Part shown: in pieces, positions 37,050-61,900 of the stretch
Layout of the letters: every line of letters begins with the position of its first letter
Position numbering within the stretch: the first letter of the stretch is position 1
NCBI GenBank assembly: GCA_002269645.1
Contig: NIVC01001568.1
Span: 186,001-250,000 of the forward strand
Length of the DNA stretch: 64,000 bases
Direction of reading: 5' to 3'
Source: Macrostomum lignano
Lineage: Eukaryota
The notes under the pieces: model-generated
Told to the model about the DNA's origin: nothing
Database searches by the model: none
Seen by the model: the letters and a program-made list of their open reading frames with translations, nothing else
Position numbers and translations under genes: made by a program

Positions 37050-39839
37050 ATGTTTCTGTTGGGCATTGGGCTGCTGTGCCTGACGCTTTCTGTGCCCAGG
37101 GCTGCACCAGCTCGACAGGAGTCCGAGGTGACTTCACCGGCCGCAACAACTGCACCTGCTGCTGCTTCGGGTTACAGCTCTATTCAGGTAGAATCAAGCA
37201 CAAATGCACCAGCTCCAAATGAGTCCAGGTTGACTGCACCGGCCGCAACAACTGCACCTGCTGCTGCTTCGGGTTACAGCTCTATTCAGGTAGAATCAAG
37301 CACAAATGCACCAGCTCCAAATGAGTCCAGGTTGACTGCATCGACCATACCTGCACCCGAAACTACTACATCATCTGACAACTCTGCTTGGAAAGAATCA
37401 ACCACAACTGCACCTGCTGCTGCATCAATTCAATTTGAGTCCATGTTGAATGACGCATCAACTACAACTGCACCAGCAACTCCACCAGCTCATAAGTCTA
37501 CTTTGAGAGACTCTACCAAAATTGTACCTGCCACTGCATCAACTCGAGTTCAGTCCAATTCGACTACTCCAACCAAATCTGCAACCGACAATACTGAATC
37601 AGCTGACGAGTCGTCGTGGACAAAATCAACTGCAGCTGCTCCTGATGCTGCATCGGCTCGGTTAGAGTCCGACTTCACTGCATCAGCCACAACTGCGCCT
37701 GTTGCTGAAAGTGCTCACGAGTCCACTTCAACAGCGGCACCTGTTTCGTCGTCTTTTACCATAGCGAAGCCCCATCGGGGTGAAAGTCCATCGAGTCCAA
37801 CAGCGGAGGCCACGGGTCGCTGCGGCCTGCTAATTCGCAGCAACCTGTACCGGTGCAGCGACCGGCCCAACTGGTGGCTGTCAAAAGCCGACCTGAACGA
37901 GTTGAAACTTCGGCTGCTTGCGGGCCAATCGGAGTCCATCTGCTGCCGGGACTGGCGGAATCAGGCCATCTATTCGAACCTGAACCAGCACCGGGACAGC
38001 GCGGCTGGCTCCCGGATGCGAATCAACTGCCCCCTGGCACTGGCCACCAGTCAATCTTCCCTTGACGCCTTGACAACAGTTGTGACTGGCTCGGAGCTGC
38101 ACTGCTACAATCTGTGCAACACAACCCTAGCCCTGGGCGATGGCGGCCGCACGCACTATAACTTGTTCCTGCCGATCCAATATGCGCCCGTCAAATGTCA
38201 ATGGCGACTCAAAGGCGTGAGTAAAGTCGTCATCAGGTGAGCAGTCTCATTCTTTTTAGATGCTGTATGAGCTTGCAAACAATACCGGTGTTACCGAGTG
38301 ACAATATGACCGAGTAACAATATGACCGAGTGACAATATGACCGAGTAACAATATGACCGAGTGACAATATGACCGAGTGACAATATGACCGAGTAACAA
38401 TATGACCGAGTGACAATATGATCGAGTGACAATATGACCGAGTGACAATATGACCGAGTGACAATATGAACGAGTGACAATATGACCAAGTGACAATATG
38501 ACCGAGTGACAATATGACCAAGTGACAATATGACCGAGTGACAATGTGACGCAATACAAAGCATTAACCGTCAATAAACATAATTTTCAGCAAGAGCCAG
38601 ATGCAGGCCTGGGATCAGCTTCGCCCGTTCCTGTGCCTGTCGGACGGGACTCGCCTCGGGCTTGCGGTTCGGAGCGCGCATCTGGTCAGGTATATCCGCT
38701 GACCAGCTCGGCAACTGAAGTTCTGCAGTGCCGCAGTGGCGACTGCCTTCTATGGTACGATTGGAGATCAGCGATCGCGTCTCAGCGCCGGTTTGACTTT
38801 CGCAGCTTAAAAGTGGAGCTTTTTGGCTGGGCTGCAGTGAGTTTTTGAGTTTTTCTATTCAAGTTTCCGCTAACTGCCTGCATTGTCTACGGGTCTTCTG
38901 GTGCGCCCGCTATGGCACCTCTGTAAATCTGCACCTGTCTGTTCCCTATTCGGACATCTCTTGGCATTGATGCCAGTCTGTTTTCATGCCCTCAAAAAGT
39001 ACACCAAATACCTGACAATTGAAATTGCTCCTTCCTTGCTAGCTAGTGTTAGTAATAGCCACTGCACTTACATTTGGGGAACCTCAGCGACTTTCGAATA
39101 AAAGTACACAAGGTTCGATTCCGTGAGCGGCCACATTTATTTGGGGCCAGCGCGCAGAGACCATTGATCACGATTGAGGTTTTTTGTGCGGTTTACCCCC
39201 ATGAGGGCCAACCCCGTGCTCTGGGTCAGCGGATTGGAGTGTGTGCTGGCCGACCGTCGCTTTGATTAGCCCCAGGCCTCCTGAAAACTGGCCCAATAGC
39301 CGCTACATTCGCCTCCCACCCAGCCCACTTCCGGACCAGAGGCGCCCGCTCTGCCGCAGCAGCGAACACCCCGGCCAGCCTCTCTGACGACTGCCGCAAC
39401 ACCGACAGCAGCCGGAAGCCGCCCAGCCGGCCCGCCCTCACAGCCGCCGCTGCCGAGGTCCTCGGAGAAATTCCCACTGGAGTTCCGCGTCACCCGCGGC
39501 GTGATGGCCGGCGTCACGGCTGCCGCGGTGGCGCTGATCTGCGCTGCCGCCTGCATCTGGGGCTGCCGCAGCTGGCACTACCGCATGTACAGCTCGCCGC
39601 TGCGCCGCCTCCTGGGCCGGACGCCGCTGCACCGCCTGCCGACCTACTCCAGCCGGCTGTTCGACCTCGAGCAGCTGCGACTCGACCAACCGTGCAGCGC
39701 AAAGGAGGCGCCCGACGCTTCCGAAGCCACGCCTTCGTCGTCGGATGAGGAGGACGTCGACGAAGAGGAAGACGACGGGGTGGAGGAGATCGACATGATG
39801 ATGGAGCTGGTCGCGGGTGAGGTTCCGCGTCGGGCTTAA
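37050..39839 (+). CDS. Orphan type I membrane protein: signal peptide, S/T/A/P mucin-like stalk, Cys-rich region, TM, acidic tail; tentative exons 37050-38216, 38591-38836, ~39300-39839
   Basis: MFLLGIGLLCLTLSVPRAAPA signal; a 34-aa internal duplication; two phase-0 GTGAGT donors; TM VMAGVTAAAVALICAAACIWGC; tail DEEDVDEEEDD. The exon 3 acceptor is uncertain. Confidence 0.65.
38295..38548. repeat. Minisatellite, 17 bp unit (TGACAATATGACCGAG-like), intronic
   Basis: Direct copies. Confidence 0.95.
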
Positions 39840-40588
39840 GTCTCGTCTCGTGGCCTTTGCGGCGGTGTGCTGTTCAAGATTATTTTGCTGATCTTCGTTT
39901 TGAACAATATTGCGTCACATTGATTCATTTAATCCCGTTTAATCCCCAAGTTTAATCCTAAGGCCCGATTATCCATTTCTTGATTCTTCTGGGTTGTTTA
40001 TTTACTGTACAAAGCATTTGAGGTTGATCTATTGCAATAAGATGATAAGCCAATTGATGTACTTTATTGCATTGTTTAACACTTAATCTTGAGTACCACT
40101 GTTAATTTTCAATCTAATTTAATTTTTGTTTGATTTCTCACTTTTTGAAAGTATACACTAAACTAAAATTCTTAAACTATTTTCAAGATCTCTTGTTTCT
40201 TCACTTCTGGAAAAGAAAATGTTCAAACTGGCAAAAATTGGTTGTTATAATGCACAGAAACTGGCGAAAATTGAAATGAAAGAAGATAAAAAATTCATGC
40301 ATTCAGTTTTATGTATTAAACTGAAGACCACCAATAAAGATGTAAAAAACTAGTTGCTTATCTAACTTTTAGGGAGATTCTGACAAGCAGAAGAAAATAA
40401 AATAATGAGCTTAAGCTAAATAGACAGTAGCTAAAAGTCATTCTTGGATCGTATCTAATTTGCAAGATTAGTGGGATGAAGATTTAAAAAAATAATTAAT
40501 CAAGAAATTCTTTGTAATAAAACAGACAGACAAACCGGCAGCCTGTAATTTTCATAATTTTGTGCAGATGCAGCTCGCAGAGAGAATA

Positions 40589-41891
40589 CGAGGGTCACTC
40601 AGAAAGTCTTTAGCCTGAGTAGGATCCACGAGACGTAGAAGCATGAAATTTGTCTATGGTAAAGACCAACTTTTAAAAGTATCGCAGCAAAAATTTCAAA
40701 CAGAAGCAGCCACTTTTGAGTCCACTGCAGCGAGTTCAAGTCAGTTCACCCCCCTGAGATCTTCAATTCAACAATGAAGCTGGAAAATCGCGACTTCAGA
40801 GCAATGATGTACTTGCACTTCAAGCAAGGCAAGTCGCCGGCCGAATCGTATCAAACTTTACAGAACGTTTTCACCCATGTATGTCCTTCATACGCAACCG
40901 TCAAAAACTGGTTCGCTGAGTTTCGCCGAGGTCGAGAAAGCCTCGAAGATGAACATCGATCCGGGAGACCCTGTGACGCAGTGACTCCAGAAAATATCTG
41001 CGCTGTGTCCAGCATGATTGCCGCTGACCGGCGAGTGACCTACCAGCAGATCCAGCAGGAGATCGGTATTGGATCGGGGAGTGCGCACGCCATTCTGCAC
41101 GAACACCTTGGAGTGCGGAAGCTGGCTTCCCGGTGGATCCCCCATCAGCTGTCGGACGTGCAGAAGGACACCAGGGTGGCTTGGTGCCGATTCATGCTGC
41201 AGAAATTCGAATCCGGGACCAGCCGGCGTATCTGGGACATCCTCACGGGCGATGAGACCTGGATTTATCAATACGACCCCGAAAGCAAGCGCCAGTCAGC
41301 CATGTGGACCTTTGGAGACGAGGACAGCCCCACCAAGTTTCGACGCAGCCGGAGTGTCGGCAAGCAGATGGTGGCCTGTTTCTTCATGCGCACTGGGCAT
41401 GTGGCTTCCGTTTCACTTGAAGATCGCCAGACAGTCACCGCTGACTGGTACACAACGGTTTGCCTGCCCAAGGTCTTTTCTGCTGTGAGCCAGAGGCGCC
41501 CAAGGTGCGGAATGCGTGGGGTGCTTCTGCACCACGACAACGCCAGCGCGCACACGGCGGCTCAAACTCTGGAGTTTCTGGCTGACTGTGGGGTCCAGCT
41601 GATGACTCACCCTGCTTACAGTCCAGACCTGGCACCGTGCGACTTTTTTCTGTTTCCGAAGTGCAAGGAAATTCTGAAGGGCCAGGTCTTTTCTTCACCG
41701 GAAGAAGCTGTGAATGAGTTTAAAAACATCATCGAGGAGCTCCGGGATGAGGATTGGCGGCAGTGCTTCGACAGCTGGTTTCACAGGATGCAAGCCTGTA
41801 TCAATGCCGGTGGAGAGTATTTTGAGCACTTGTAGTCGTTTTTTAGTTCATTTGTTGCTGTTTTCGTGTTCAAGCTAAGAACTTTCTGAGT
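40589..41891 (+). mobile_element. Mariner element (Tc1/mariner, DD34D); left TIR intact, right TIR missing its outer ~8 bp
   Basis: TA then CGAGGGTCACTCAGAAAGTCTTTAGCCTGA on the left; TCAAGCTAAGAACTTTCTGAGT on the right matches only the inner TIR; encloses the transposase ORF. Confidence 0.92.
40774..41835 (+). CDS. Mariner transposase, intact 353 aa
   Basis: HTH region with RSGRP, WIPHQL, TGDETW, LHHDNASAH and YSPDLAPCDFFLF; exactly 34 residues between the 2nd and 3rd catalytic Asp. Confidence 0.97.
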   Translation: MKLENRDFRAMMYLHFKQGKSPAESYQTLQNVFTHVCPSYATVKNWFAEFRRGRESLEDEHRSGRPCDAVTPENICAVSSMIAADRRVTYQQIQQEIGIGSGSAHAILHEHLGVRKLASRWIPHQLSDVQKDTRVAWCRFMLQKFESGTSRRIWDILTGDETWIYQYDPESKRQSAMWTFGDEDSPTKFRRSRSVGKQMVACFFMRTGHVASVSLEDRQTVTADWYTTVCLPKVFSAVSQRRPRCGMRGVLLHHDNASAHTAAQTLEFLADCGVQLMTHPAYSPDLAPCDFFLFPKCKEILKGQVFSSPEEAVNEFKNIIEELRDEDWRQCFDSWFHRMQACINAGGEYFEHL

Positions 41892-41996
41892 TTCTTTTGT
41901 TTTTTGTCACTTAATTTTCACGCAAACGTTTTTAAGCAGAATTTTTTGTTAATCTGAAGCAATTTTCACTTTTCAAATCGCCCTGCGACTCTAAGC

Positions 41997-42633
41997 CAGG
42001 GGTCGGCAAGCTCTGGCCGGCGGGCCACATGCTGACCGCGAAGCCTCTGTCCGGCCCTCGGGTCCTTTGAAACTTCACGATATCAATCCGGCCCGCTCAA
42101 GGTTTGTCTCTTCTCAGGTGTCTTCTCTCCAATCTCCTCTCCCGCCTTTCTCCTCTCTCCCCTCCTCTCCCTCTCACCCTCCTCACCCCTCTCACCCTCC
42201 TCTCCCCTCTCACCCTCCTCTCCCCTTCTCTCCCCTCCTCTCTCTCCCCTCTATCCCCTTTTCTCCCCTCTATCCCCTCTCTCCCCACCTCTCCCCTCTA
42301 TCCCCTCCTCTCCCCTCACTCCTCTTCTCTCCCCTCCTCTCTCTCCCCTCCTCTCCCCTCTCTCCCCTCCTCTCCCCTCTCTCCCCTCCTCTCCCTTTCT
42401 CTCCCCTTCTCTCCCCACTCCTCTCCCCTCTCTCCCCCCTCTCCCCTCTCTCCCCCCTCGCGCCTCTCCCCCCCTCGCGCCTCTCTCCCCTCCTCTCGCC
42501 CCTCTCTCCCCTCCTCTCGCCCCTCTCTCCCCTCCTCTCGCCCCTCTCTCCCCTCACCCCTCGTATCTACTTCTCTCTGGCCCAGTCTTGCGCTAGAACT
42601 GGCCCTTAGGTTAAAATATTTAGCCAACCGCTG
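41997..42633. mobile_element. hAT-type MITE (637 bp) containing a CT-rich low-complexity tract (about 42110-42560)
   Basis: Left end CAGGGGTCGGCAAG, degenerate right end TTAGCCAACCGCTG, 8-bp TSD CTCTAAGC / CTCCAAGC. Confidence 0.75.
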
Positions 42634-42762
42634 CTCCAAGCAACCACTAAAGCAAACAAAAGAGATGTATATACTCGTATTTTAACAAAAATGTCGTTTT
42701 TAATTTGCTAACTTACGAGCTATAAAGAAACAGAATTTGTAGAAAAAAGTTCACACGGTACT

Positions 42763-54807
<12,045 letters not shown>

Positions 54808-55069
54808 GGCAGCTGGCTCAGAGTCGCTGACTGAGAAATCTGTTTCAAAGCACAGAAGTGTCGGGCAGCGCCAGCTCTTTTCCAGGCTGCTGCCGAGCTT
54901 TTCTACTGGTACCTTCGCTCACTTCTGGCTGGCCCGTCTCTGATTGGCTGGTGGGAGCTGGGCAGGGCTGCTGCCCTCCCCGTGCACTCTAACCGGTTTT
55001 TGGATGTCGGTCGTCGGTGCAATCTTAGTGCAATCGGCGAAAAAGTTAATAAATCTCTTGGTGACCGCC

Positions 55070-55735
55070 CCTGTCTCTTGGTGAGCGCCCGTCTCTTGGT
55101 GAGCACCCCTGTCTCTCTTAGTGGGCGCCTCTGTCTCTCTTAGTGGGCGCCTCTGTCTCTCTTAGTGGGCGCCTCTGTCTCTTAGTGAGCGCCTGTCTCT
55201 TAGTGGGCGCCTCTGTCTCTTAGTGAGCGCTTGTCTCTTAGTGGGCGCCTCTGTCTCTTAGTGAGCGCTTGTCTCTTAGTGGGCGCCTCTGTCTCTTAGT
55301 GGGCGCCTCTGTCTCTTAGCGGGCGCTTCTGTCTCTCTTAGTGGGCGCCTCTGTCTCTTAGCGGGCGCCTCTGTCTCTCTTAGTGGGCGCCTCTGTCTCT
55401 CTTAGTGGGCGCCTCTGTCTCTCTTAGTGGGCGCCTCTGTCTCTCTTAGCGGGCGCCTCTGTCTCTTAGCGGGCGCCTCTGTCTCTTAGCGGGCGCCTCT
55501 GTCTCTTAGCGGGCGCCTCTGTCTCTTAGCGGGCGCCTCTGTCTCTTAGCGGGCGCCTCTGTCTCTCTTAGCGGGCGCCTCTGTCTCTTAGCGGCCGCCT
55601 CTGTCTCTTAGCGGGCGCCTCTGTCTCTTAGCGGGCGCCTCTGTCTCTTAGCGGGCGCCTCTGTCTCTTAGTGGGCGCCTCTGTCTCTTAGCGGGCGCTT
55701 CTGTCTCTCTTAGCGGGCGCCTCTGTCTCTTAGTG
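55070..55735. repeat. Minisatellite, 22-24 bp unit (CTCTTAGCGGGCGCCTCTGTCT), upstream of NCKX
   Basis: Direct copies. Confidence 0.96.
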
Positions 55736-56894
55736 TCTCAACTGTTTCCTAGTTGGCTGCTCTTCCCCTCGGTATTTCAATTGAGTCCAGCAGACTGACA
55801 GCAGCTCAAACAGATAGGTGATTAACTCATTCGGTTGGCAGTTCACAGTCTCCATCAGAGCAACTTCGATTTCTGAATCTGATTGAGCTCAAACAATCCA
55901 ATCCTAAATTGAATTCATCGAAAATTAAATCACGTACGACGATATTCCATAAAAAATTACAAGTATTTGTCAAAGTCCACTTAAAAGTACATCAATTAAA
56001 ATCCACACGGGACTAATCAAAGCAGGATGCTGCACTACTTGCAAGTCGAGCAAATCTTGCTGGAAAATTCATTGGCAAAACGGCAAGTCCAGTTTTATAG
56101 ACTAAATCTCCGGGATTTCACATCTCGTCTTCTCGACTGCCGAATTCCAAATGAAGCAAAAAAGCGTTTTGTCGGATATGCAAACAACCGAATTTTTCAT
56201 GACATGCAACCGGAGACTGGCAAGCAAGCAGAGTTCTCGTAACTGCAGCTGCTCCTGTTGCTTCAGTTTCTCGACCGAGTTTGTCTATGGCCAAACTCCA
56301 TTTATTGCTACGCAGAAAAGCAAACATTTGTAAAACTCCCACCGATATCACAATAAGAAATTTTTTCGGAGCAAAATTCATTCATGTACTTACTTTATTT
56401 GACATTCTGAAGTACAAAGTCAATCTAAAAGACTGGGAAAGCCTTTTAAACCCACATCTTCTAATTAATTACTGAAGCGCTATGAAAGATCACAGAATGC
56501 AAATCAGTCAGTAGTATGACCCATTAATCAAATCCAGGCAACTGAGACCAACCTTCTTAATGAGACCGAAGTTCAACTGAGCAGCAACCTGATGACGCAT
56601 AGATTAGGATCGTTCTTAGGAAGGAGGAACTCAGTAAGCCGGGTCGTTCTGTTTCAATTAATCAACATCTGCCTGCCAATTGAAGACCACAGCGCTGAAA
56701 TCACAGAGCAAACAGCTCAGAGACAGCGACCGCTCTTGTCATTAAATCAGCAGAGGGCAGGGTACACGCAGCCGCGCCACGACTACTGGTTCGATTCTAG
56801 GCGTGGCCACTGCACTCGTTTGTGCAGCTTGCAGTACACGAAAATCGGCCCAGGCTCGACTTGCCATTCACACTACTCACCAAGGCTAAACCCT

Positions 56895-57065
56895 CCCCAG
56901 GGCACAGAGAGTCTACATGGCCCACGATTAGAAAGTCAGGGCTGCTTTACGCCCTGCGTGAGCGTGTGTACGAGTGCTTGTGTGTGCTCATGGGCAGAAT
57001 TACCCCAGCTTCTGGTTGCTCGACGATGCCTCCGAATGCGTTGTGCCAGGGTGTCCATGCACAGC
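56895..57065. repeat. Dispersed repeat family copy (other copies at about 43985-44155 and, inverted, about 31540-31610)
   Basis: Shared core GGCACAGAGA...GATTAGAAAGTCAGGGCTGCT..TACACCCTGTGTGAGCGTGTGTA at three loci. Confidence 0.7.
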
Positions 57066-58119
57066 CTTCCAGTGAAAAATTATATACACTCAGCAACATG
57101 CTGAGGTTTCCACCAGTAAATCAGTGGTCAACAAGTGGGAGCTTTAATCCAACTCTAAGCCATCTACACTCTCTCCTTACCAAGCTTAGGCTAATTACAT
57201 CACCCAACTTAACACAGTTGAGACGAGAACCGCGGGCGTGTGGTGTGAATTGCACCTCTTAGGGCTGGGATCTGAGAAAAGTTACCACTGGTTTCGCAGC
57301 CGAAGCGTTAACATCCGCCATCCCGGACCCAGTGCGCCTGAGCGAGAGTTGGAAAACCTTGCGTCATTTGCATTGCCATGAGCTGAATTGGGTCGATGCT
57401 CGATGTCAATGCTCTAGGGTGGCGGTTTCCAATGTTACTGAATATAAGTACATCGCGCACCGCGAAAGCTCCCAGCTCTCAGCAAAATCCCCAAACCAAA
57501 GCCCCCTTGTTTTAGTCTCCATTCCCGCTGAGGCGAACTGTACTCAACACCCGGCTAATTGCCGGGCTGTAATGACCAACCAACCTACAAAGTCAGTCGG
57601 ATTGTTGAGACAGCTCTCCTCTCGATCACTGCGCCGCAAAGAAATCCGAGACTGACTGATTTGAGCGGAGCTGTTTCTCACGAGACTGCATATGGCTGCA
57701 TGGCTAGGGGGGAGCAGAGTTAATGAGCTCATGGACACCGACGGAGCAGGCGGGCTAATCTGCGGCCGCTCAGGGCTAATGACCGGCCGAAGCTTGGGAA
57801 GCAAGCAAATGAACAAGTAGGGAAAAAGGCGTTTACAAGCCGGCTTGCAATCTTTGTCTACGAAGTTCCATGGGTAAAGCGATTGAAAGAGCTCAAAACC
57901 TCCATGAGCTAGCTGAGCACAGAGTTTTCTAGACGATTGACGGATGAGTCTTTTTTATTCTTGCATTTTTTCAATGAAAAACAGAAAAATATTGCTATCA
58001 TTTTAACAAAAATCAGGGACTATACTTACTCAATACTTAAGACGTGAATCGAAAAAAATAGTATTGAGTAGTCCCTGTAGAACGAAGATGAACAAATATG
58101 AACACCCACCTTTGAGCCC

Positions 58120-58500
58120 CGCACTCTCAGTAGCATTGAGTTCCCCACTTCCAACACCATTGAGTCCCGCACTCCTAACACTCTAATACAATTTAGTCCC
58201 TGCGCTCCCAACACTAATACAATTTATTCCTTCACTCTCACCATTGAGTCCCGCACTCTCAACACCAACATTGAGTCCCGCACTCTCAACACCAACATTG
58301 AGTCCCGCACTCTCAACACCACCATTGAGTCCCGCACTCTCAACACCAACATTGAGTCCCGCACTCTCAACACCAACATTGAGTCCCGCACTCTCAACAC
58401 CACCATTGAGTCCCGCACTCTCAACACCAACATTGAGTCCCGCACTCCCAAGGCTCCAACATCATTGAGTCCCGTACTCCAACACCATTGAGTCCCACCG
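58120..58500. repeat. Minisatellite, 27 bp unit (CATTGAGTCCCGCACTCTCAACACCAA)
   Basis: Direct copies; one more isolated unit near 58760. Confidence 0.94.
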
Positions 58501-58932
58501 GACACACTAAAATAGGGGTCAAACAACGCGTAGGCACACCAAGACAGGTTTCTGGCTCGTTTTTCTTCGTCAGTCAGCCACAGTCACGCGCCGTCCTCTC
58601 CCACCACTCTTAGTTTGCAGACGTTTCTTATACTAGTATGCTGTAATTTCCTCTATGGCGACCTTTTCGAGCTATGTGAGAAATTTAACGATTCAAATCT
58701 TTATCTGTCTACTTTTCTCAGTAGCATAAATTTGAATCTCTCACACCACACTCCAACACCATTGAGTCCCGCACTCCAACGCGATGATAGTTATAGATGC
58801 AGAACTACAACGTAATAAAGATAATAGGTTTGTGACAAGCACTGCAAGTACGAGTATGAAGTTTGGTTTAAGAAGATGGAGCCTCAGTCATATCCTAATT
58901 ATTCAGTTTGAGTTTCAGGCAGAAAACAGAAA

Positions 58933-61900
58933 TCAGCGAGGTCCGCGGCAGAGCGGCTGATGGTCGTAGACCTCCTCGGCAGAGTCGAACGCCCGAACGC
59001 AGAGCCAGCAGAAGTGGCAGTGACACCTGACGCAGGTCATGTGATTGCAGCCGGCATTTTTCTCGATGTGCACCCGGCACCGCGGGCACTGCTTGCGATT
59101 GCGCGAGTCAGCGGTCAGCCACGTCTGCGGGAAATCCGGTTTGCGGAATCGGTAGTACGAGCTCGTATTTTGCTTGCAGATCTGGGAGAAACGGCATGCT
59201 CTCGAGCTTCTACTTACAGTACGAAGCTTGGTAATGAGCGGGAGCAGTAATGGCTGTGCTACTCTTATTTTCTTTGCCTATCTTAGCGTCCGTCTGTTTT
59301 AGCGCCTGTGTGTACATCTCCTGCCTGTCTGCCTTAGTGTCCGAGAGTCTTTGTGTCTTAGAGCTTAGTCCTAGATTCTGTTTTAGTATCTGCCCATCTT
59401 AGTGTGTGCAACAGTGTCAGTCTGTCAAAAAAACACAATGCATAACACAAAAAGCCTCGAATGGCAAGCAGGCTACTAGCAGTAGCGGGCTGCAGCCAAT
59501 CAGAACAAACTTGAAGTCCGTAGTCCGGATTCGCCCTGATCTCCTTGGCGGTCTTGCAGGTCAAGCCGACGTGGCTGAAGTATTGACAACTGAAATTACG
59601 GAAAAAATCCGATTTGAAAACAAATCGAAATTGACTAGCAGAAGCATTTTTATTCACGAGAGGCTGCTCACTCCAGACAGAAGGTTCCGCGACAGACTTT
59701 GCAGCGGCTCTCCCTGACGGCGGCCTCTTTGAAGTCGCGCAGCAGGCCGGGACAGTCGGGCGCCGGGCAGAACTGCAGACAGCTGGCCGGCAAATTCACG
59801 TGACGCTTCAGGGCGGGTCCAAGAAGGCGGCGCATCAGCTGCTCTCGTTCGGCTGGGCTGGGCGCGCGGTCAAGGATGTCCAGCCCCACGTGGAACGGTT
59901 GGCCGCAGCCCTGAGGCAGGTCAAAGGTGAAAGTGTGGAAAATGGGATGACACGGAGGATGGGAGAATTGGGAGCGGGATTATATTAGAGAAGACATTAT
60001 CCATTCGAGTTTTACTTCAGCAGCACACAGCAGAGGCACATCGGCAGCGGAGGCCAGCTGCAGGTCCAGGCAATCCGTGCAGTAGACGTGTCCGCACAAT
60101 GCCAGGGTGGTGGCGGCCTCAGTGCCCGCTGGCGCGAAGCACACGGGGCACTCCAGCTTCACGGTGCCAGGCACAGCAACCGCTGTGGCGTTCAGTGCTG
60201 CAGCAGCCGCGGCGGTCGCTTCCTCCTCAGCGAGACGTTCAACGGCATCAGCGGCGGCGGCCACAGCGTCGGCGTTCACTCCAAACAGAGTCAGCGTCCT
60301 GCTGTCGCCTAGTTCGAGCTCGGCAGTGACAGACTCGTCGCCCAGTTTGGACAAATCTCTGCCGAATGTCTTCAATAGGCGACGGATGAGGCCGCGAGGG
60401 CGATGAGCTCCAGCCAGAGAGATTTCGCGCAGGCTGAGTGCCTCTCGCTCCGTCAAGTAGCTGTGAAGCGGAGTTCTCAAAGTTAATTTAAAGTATCAGA
60501 CAGGACTGCGTGTACTTCTAAGAATATCGGCTACTATGGTTTATATTTAACAGGTGAGCACGTGACTACGGCACGACCACAGCAACTGGTTGCGTGTACA
60601 TTGTCAAACGGTGAAAATCTCGATTCTCGAATACCTATGCAAGTGTATGTACTCAGAGTAAGTTAGTGGAAGAAGCATTTTGAGCTTCTATATTTGTATT
60701 TAAAAGTAAGATTCGAACTCGGAATAGGCCCAGATCGATTTTCTGTGTCTTAATACTTTTCGTCACCTCGTAACCGAAACAAAGTATAAATATAAGCTAC
60801 TGTCCTAAGCAAGTTACAACCAACTATTATTATCTAATCGTTCACTTACTTGTTGATGATAATCTGGCACCGGCTTTTGACTGAGTCGGTACCATAGATG
60901 CTCAAGCACTCGCGCCGTCTGTCGAATATGGCGTGCGACAGTTCCGGAAGACGCTTGCGCAGCTCAGACTCCGACCTGGCCAGCAGAAGGCTTCTGAGAG
61001 CGTCATTCCTGCTGCAGTCCAGCTCGTACGGCATCAGCGACTTTCTCAGGTGCTGATAGGTGAAGGACCAGGTGGTGACATCCTGTGTGTCGACGTCAAT
61101 TTTTACCTTTTTCACTTCGACTCCACGATGTTTCTCACGGTAGTCCGTATTTATATTAATTGACACAGGGTTAGCTCGCAGCATATTTTGAATAGCAGTA
61201 GGGAACAGCGAACTCCGCTTCTCAATGTCCCGCTTCACTTCAAGCAGTAGAGGCTCTGAGGCAGAAAAAATTTCGCTGGAAACAATTAGCGGAGGAAAAA
61301 TTAACTCGAACTTTGAGCCAGCGAATGCGGACGCCTTGTAAGCATTTTGCTTTGCCAGGAATATACTTTTTCGTTCTCGGCCGCGAGCGAGGTGACCATG
61401 CGACCAATTAGACAGATTTGCCAAAACAAAACCTTTCAGCTGTTTAAACTCCCTCGCAAACACAATGTAGTCGTCATCGTATCTGAAGCAAATCGTCACT
61501 TGCCAGTCAAAGAAGCCAGGATTCGGTGGATCCCGAATCACAAATTGATAGTTTTCCTCATCATCTACAAATTCCGAACTGAATATGGCTCTTAAAATTT
61601 CAAGCACTCGCGCGCCGGCGGCCTCCTTTGATAAGGCATTATCTTGGTGCTCGCGGCGCATCGTAACTCTCGGATTGATAGAGTCCAGCAGCACAGCAGA
61701 GCGAGCAAGCTCATTAGCAATAACACCTTCATCGATCCATAACGGCACGTCAAAAATGATTAGTTTTTCAGGATCTCTCTTGTCAAGGGCCATTTTACTT
61801 GCCCAAAAGCTGTTGCTGAGTGACAGAGAAGTTACATGTTCAAGAACGCTGCTAGCATCTTCCGGATTGTCGAATGAAACATTGGCAAAACCTGTAGGGT

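Noticed and set aside
42067-42685. Pro/Leu/Ser and Gly/Glu/Arg-rich ORFs
   Set aside because: CT-rich tract inside a hAT MITE.
56027-57816. Several 60-170 aa ORFs as a possible gene
   Set aside because: No recognisable motifs, no consistent splice chain, and they partly overlap a dispersed repeat.
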